From: Gemmatimonadales bacterium
GTDB taxonomy: Bacteria; Gemmatimonadota; Gemmatimonadetes; Gemmatimonadales; GWC2-71-9
Reading direction: 5' to 3'
DNA length: 64,000 bases
Assembly (NCBI GenBank): GCA_039794085.1
Contig: JBDIWC010000014.1
Coordinates: 11,987 to 75,986 of the forward strand
The notes under the pieces are model-generated. The model saw only the letters and a program-made list of their open reading frames with translations. It was not told the DNA's origin and made no database searches. The first letter of the stretch is position 1. Each line of letters starts with the position of its first letter. The position numbers were made by a program, and so were the translations under genes. Positions 61,939-64,000 of the stretch are shown in pieces.

Positions 61939-62807
61939 GACTCGTTTGGCGCGAGGTCCTCCTCGGGTTCCGGCGCATGCCTCTCCTGTCGCTCCTGTCG
62001 ATCCTCATGATCGCCGTGTCGCTCTTTTCCGTGTCCCTCTTCGGGCTCGTCGCCATCAACCTCCGCCACAGCCTCTCCGGGCTGGCCGAGCGCGTCGAGG
62101 TCGTGGCGTTTCTTCTGCGCGGCACCCCCACCGAGACCATCACCTTGGCGGCGGAGGACATTACCGCCTTTCCCGAGGTCCTCGCCGTCCGCTATGTGAG
62201 CGAGGACGACGCGCTGGAGAGGGCCCGGGAGGAGCTGGTGGAGTTCCGAGAGGCCTATCAGGACCTGGCCACAAACCCCCTGCCCGCCTCCCTGGAAATC
62301 CGGCTCCGCCCCGAGTTCCGCACCAGCACCGCGGCCCAGGCCGTGGCGGAACGCCTGCGGGGATACGGCTTCATCGACGACGTGCGGTTCGGGCAGGAGT
62401 GGGTGGAGCGCCTCGACCGGATCCGGGCCCTGGCCGGGATCGTGGGGCTCGCCACCGGCATCGCCTTCGCCTTCGTGGCCACCGTGATCATCGGGGTGAC
62501 CATCCGGATGACCATCCTCCAGCGGGCCCGGGAGATCGCCATCATGCGGCTGGTGGGGGCCACGGACAGTTTCATCCGGAGGCCGTTCCTGCTGGAGGGG
62601 GCCCTGCGCGGACTGGCGGGAGGTCTCCTCGCCCTCGCTCTCAGTTGGCTCACCCTGGCGGGGTTCCGGCAGATGATGGGCATGACGTTCACCGATCTCG
62701 TCTTCTTCACGCCGACGGAAGGTGCGCTGCTCACCGGGTTTGGCGTGGTGATCGGACTCGGTGGGAGCCTCCTCAGCGTGAGGCGTCATCTGCGGGAGGT
62801 CCGCTAG
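61935..62807 (+). CDS. ftsX: Cell division permease
   Basis: NPLPASL, REIAIMRLVGATDSFIRRPFLLEG. Confidence 0.95.
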   Translation: MRLVWREVLLGFRRMPLLSLLSILMIAVSLFSVSLFGLVAINLRHSLSGLAERVEVVAFLLRGTPTETITLAAEDITAFPEVLAVRYVSEDDALERAREELVEFREAYQDLATNPLPASLEIRLRPEFRTSTAAQAVAERLRGYGFIDDVRFGQEWVERLDRIRALAGIVGLATGIAFAFVATVIIGVTIRMTILQRAREIAIMRLVGATDSFIRRPFLLEGALRGLAGGLLALALSWLTLAGFRQMMGMTFTDLVFFTPTEGALLTGFGVVIGLGGSLLSVRRHLREVR

Positions 62808-62810
62808 ATC

Positions 62811-64000
62811 ATGGCACGCCTCCCCGGATTCGGCCGGTCCAACCGAGGGTCCCGCGCTCCCCGCCGGATCGCGGTTGCCGCCCTCGGGGCCCTGCTGCTG
62901 GCGGGCCTGTCCCGGGGCCATGCCCAGGGCCCTCCCGACCCGGAGGAAAGCCGACGACGGATCGAAGCCATCCGTGCCGAGCGCCAACGGCTCGAACAGG
63001 AACAGGCGCGGCTCCAGGGCCAGTTGAGTGACGTCGGGGTCGACCTTCGCAACATCGAGCGCCAGCGCGATGCCACCAACCGCCTGATCAACGAGATCGA
63101 TCGCCAGATCAGCACCCTGGGCAGCCAGCTCGACCAGACCAGCGCGCAACTGGTGCTCGCCCAGGACAACCTCGCCGAACGCCGGGCCGTGCTGGAACGG
63201 CGCCTGGTCGACATCTACAAGCGGGGCCCTCTCCACACGGTGCAGGTGCTCCTGGCCGCGGAGTCCTTCGCCGACCTGCTCAGCCGGTACAAATATCTCG
63301 ATCTGACCAGCCGCCAGGATCGCTCCCTGTTCGAGGACATCCAGCGGCTCAACCAGCGCATGATCGCCGACCGCCAGACCCTCCTGGCCGTCCGGGACCA
63401 GCTCGACCGCCGCAAGGATGAGCGAGGATCCGAGCTGCAACGATACAGCCAGCTCGCCAATGCCCGGGCTCGCCGCCTCAACACGCTCCGCTCCACGGCC
63501 CGGCAGACCCAGCAGCGGATCACCGCGCTGGAGCGCGATGAAGCCCGGCTCAACGAGGTGCTGGCCACCCTCGAACGGACCCGCCGGGCCACCCCGGGGA
63601 GACGACCCATCCCGGGAGCCGGCATCACGACCGATGACATCGGACGTCTCGACTGGCCGGTGGAGGGGCGCATCGTGTTCCAGTTCGGGCGCGAAACTCT
63701 CCCCGGCGGAGGAGTCATCCGGTGGAACGGCATCGGAATCGGGGCGCCCGTGGGCACGCCGGTTCACGCGGTGGCCGACGGACGCATCGCCGTAGTGCAG
63801 AACCTGAACACCTACGGATTGACCGCCGTCCTCGAGCACGGCAACGGATACTACTCCCTCTACATGCAACTCGCCGAGGCCCGGGTCCGCCCCGGGGACC
63901 AGGTGACCAAGGGCCAGGTCCTCGGCACGGTCGGTGGATCCAACACCGACAAGGGTCCCCACCTGCATTTCGAGATCCGGGGCGAGAACCAGATCGCGCT
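62811..64000 (+). CDS. envC: EnvC-like coiled-coil M23 murein hydrolase activator (runs off window)
   Basis: Manual translation: signal peptide, coiled coil, LDWPVEG, WNGIGIGAPVG, GPHLHFEIR; follows ftsEX. Confidence 0.88.
   Translation, partial: MARLPGFGRSNRGSRAPRRIAVAALGALLLAGLSRGHAQGPPDPEESRRRIEAIRAERQRLEQEQARLQGQLSDVGVDLRNIERQRDATNRLINEIDRQISTLGSQLDQTSAQLVLAQDNLAERRAVLERRLVDIYKRGPLHTVQVLLAAESFADLLSRYKYLDLTSRQDRSLFEDIQRLNQRMIADRQTLLAVRDQLDRRKDERGSELQRYSQLANARARRLNTLRSTARQTQQRITALERDEARLNEVLATLERTRRATPGRRPIPGAGITTDDIGRLDWPVEGRIVFQFGRETLPGGGVIRWNGIGIGAPVGTPVHAVADGRIAVVQNLNTYGLTAVLEHGNGYYSLYMQLAEARVRPGDQVTKGQVLGTVGGSNTDKGPHLHFEIRGENQIA

Overview
High-GC bacterial chromosome segment; gene order (mfd-PPIases-pdxA, lepA-GT9-ROK-PfkB-ftsEX) suggests Gemmatimonadota, which is inference only. 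About 1.2-22 kb is a mosaic heavy-metal island. It holds a merR-merT-merP-merA operon, five MerR-type long-spacer promoter/operators, a second HMA/MerT-like operon, a ZntR/CueR-type regulator and cusCBA preceded by a Cys/Pro-rich putative leader ORF. It is interrupted by several toxin-antitoxin modules and a decayed double integron (two internally deleted intI copies, each followed by an attI-like GTT crossover and attC-bounded cassettes). 22-35 kb carries a PAS hybrid kinase, a GH3 glycosidase, an ABC permease, an unexplained ~190-nt highly structured intergenic element, and a selenocysteine (in-frame UGA + SECIS-like hairpin) formate dehydrogenase with rearranged subunit architecture plus fdhD. 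35-64 kb is core genome (tRNA-Ile, typA, hisD/Z/G, pdxA, surA, mfd, lepA, ftsEX, envC) with an uncharacterised HATPase + STAS/wHTH-like gene pair. Diverse 7-bp tandem repeats sharing a T-N-N-G-N-N-N frame recur at gene ends. No CRISPR array, rRNA or intact transposase was seen. All calls are by eye, without database searches.
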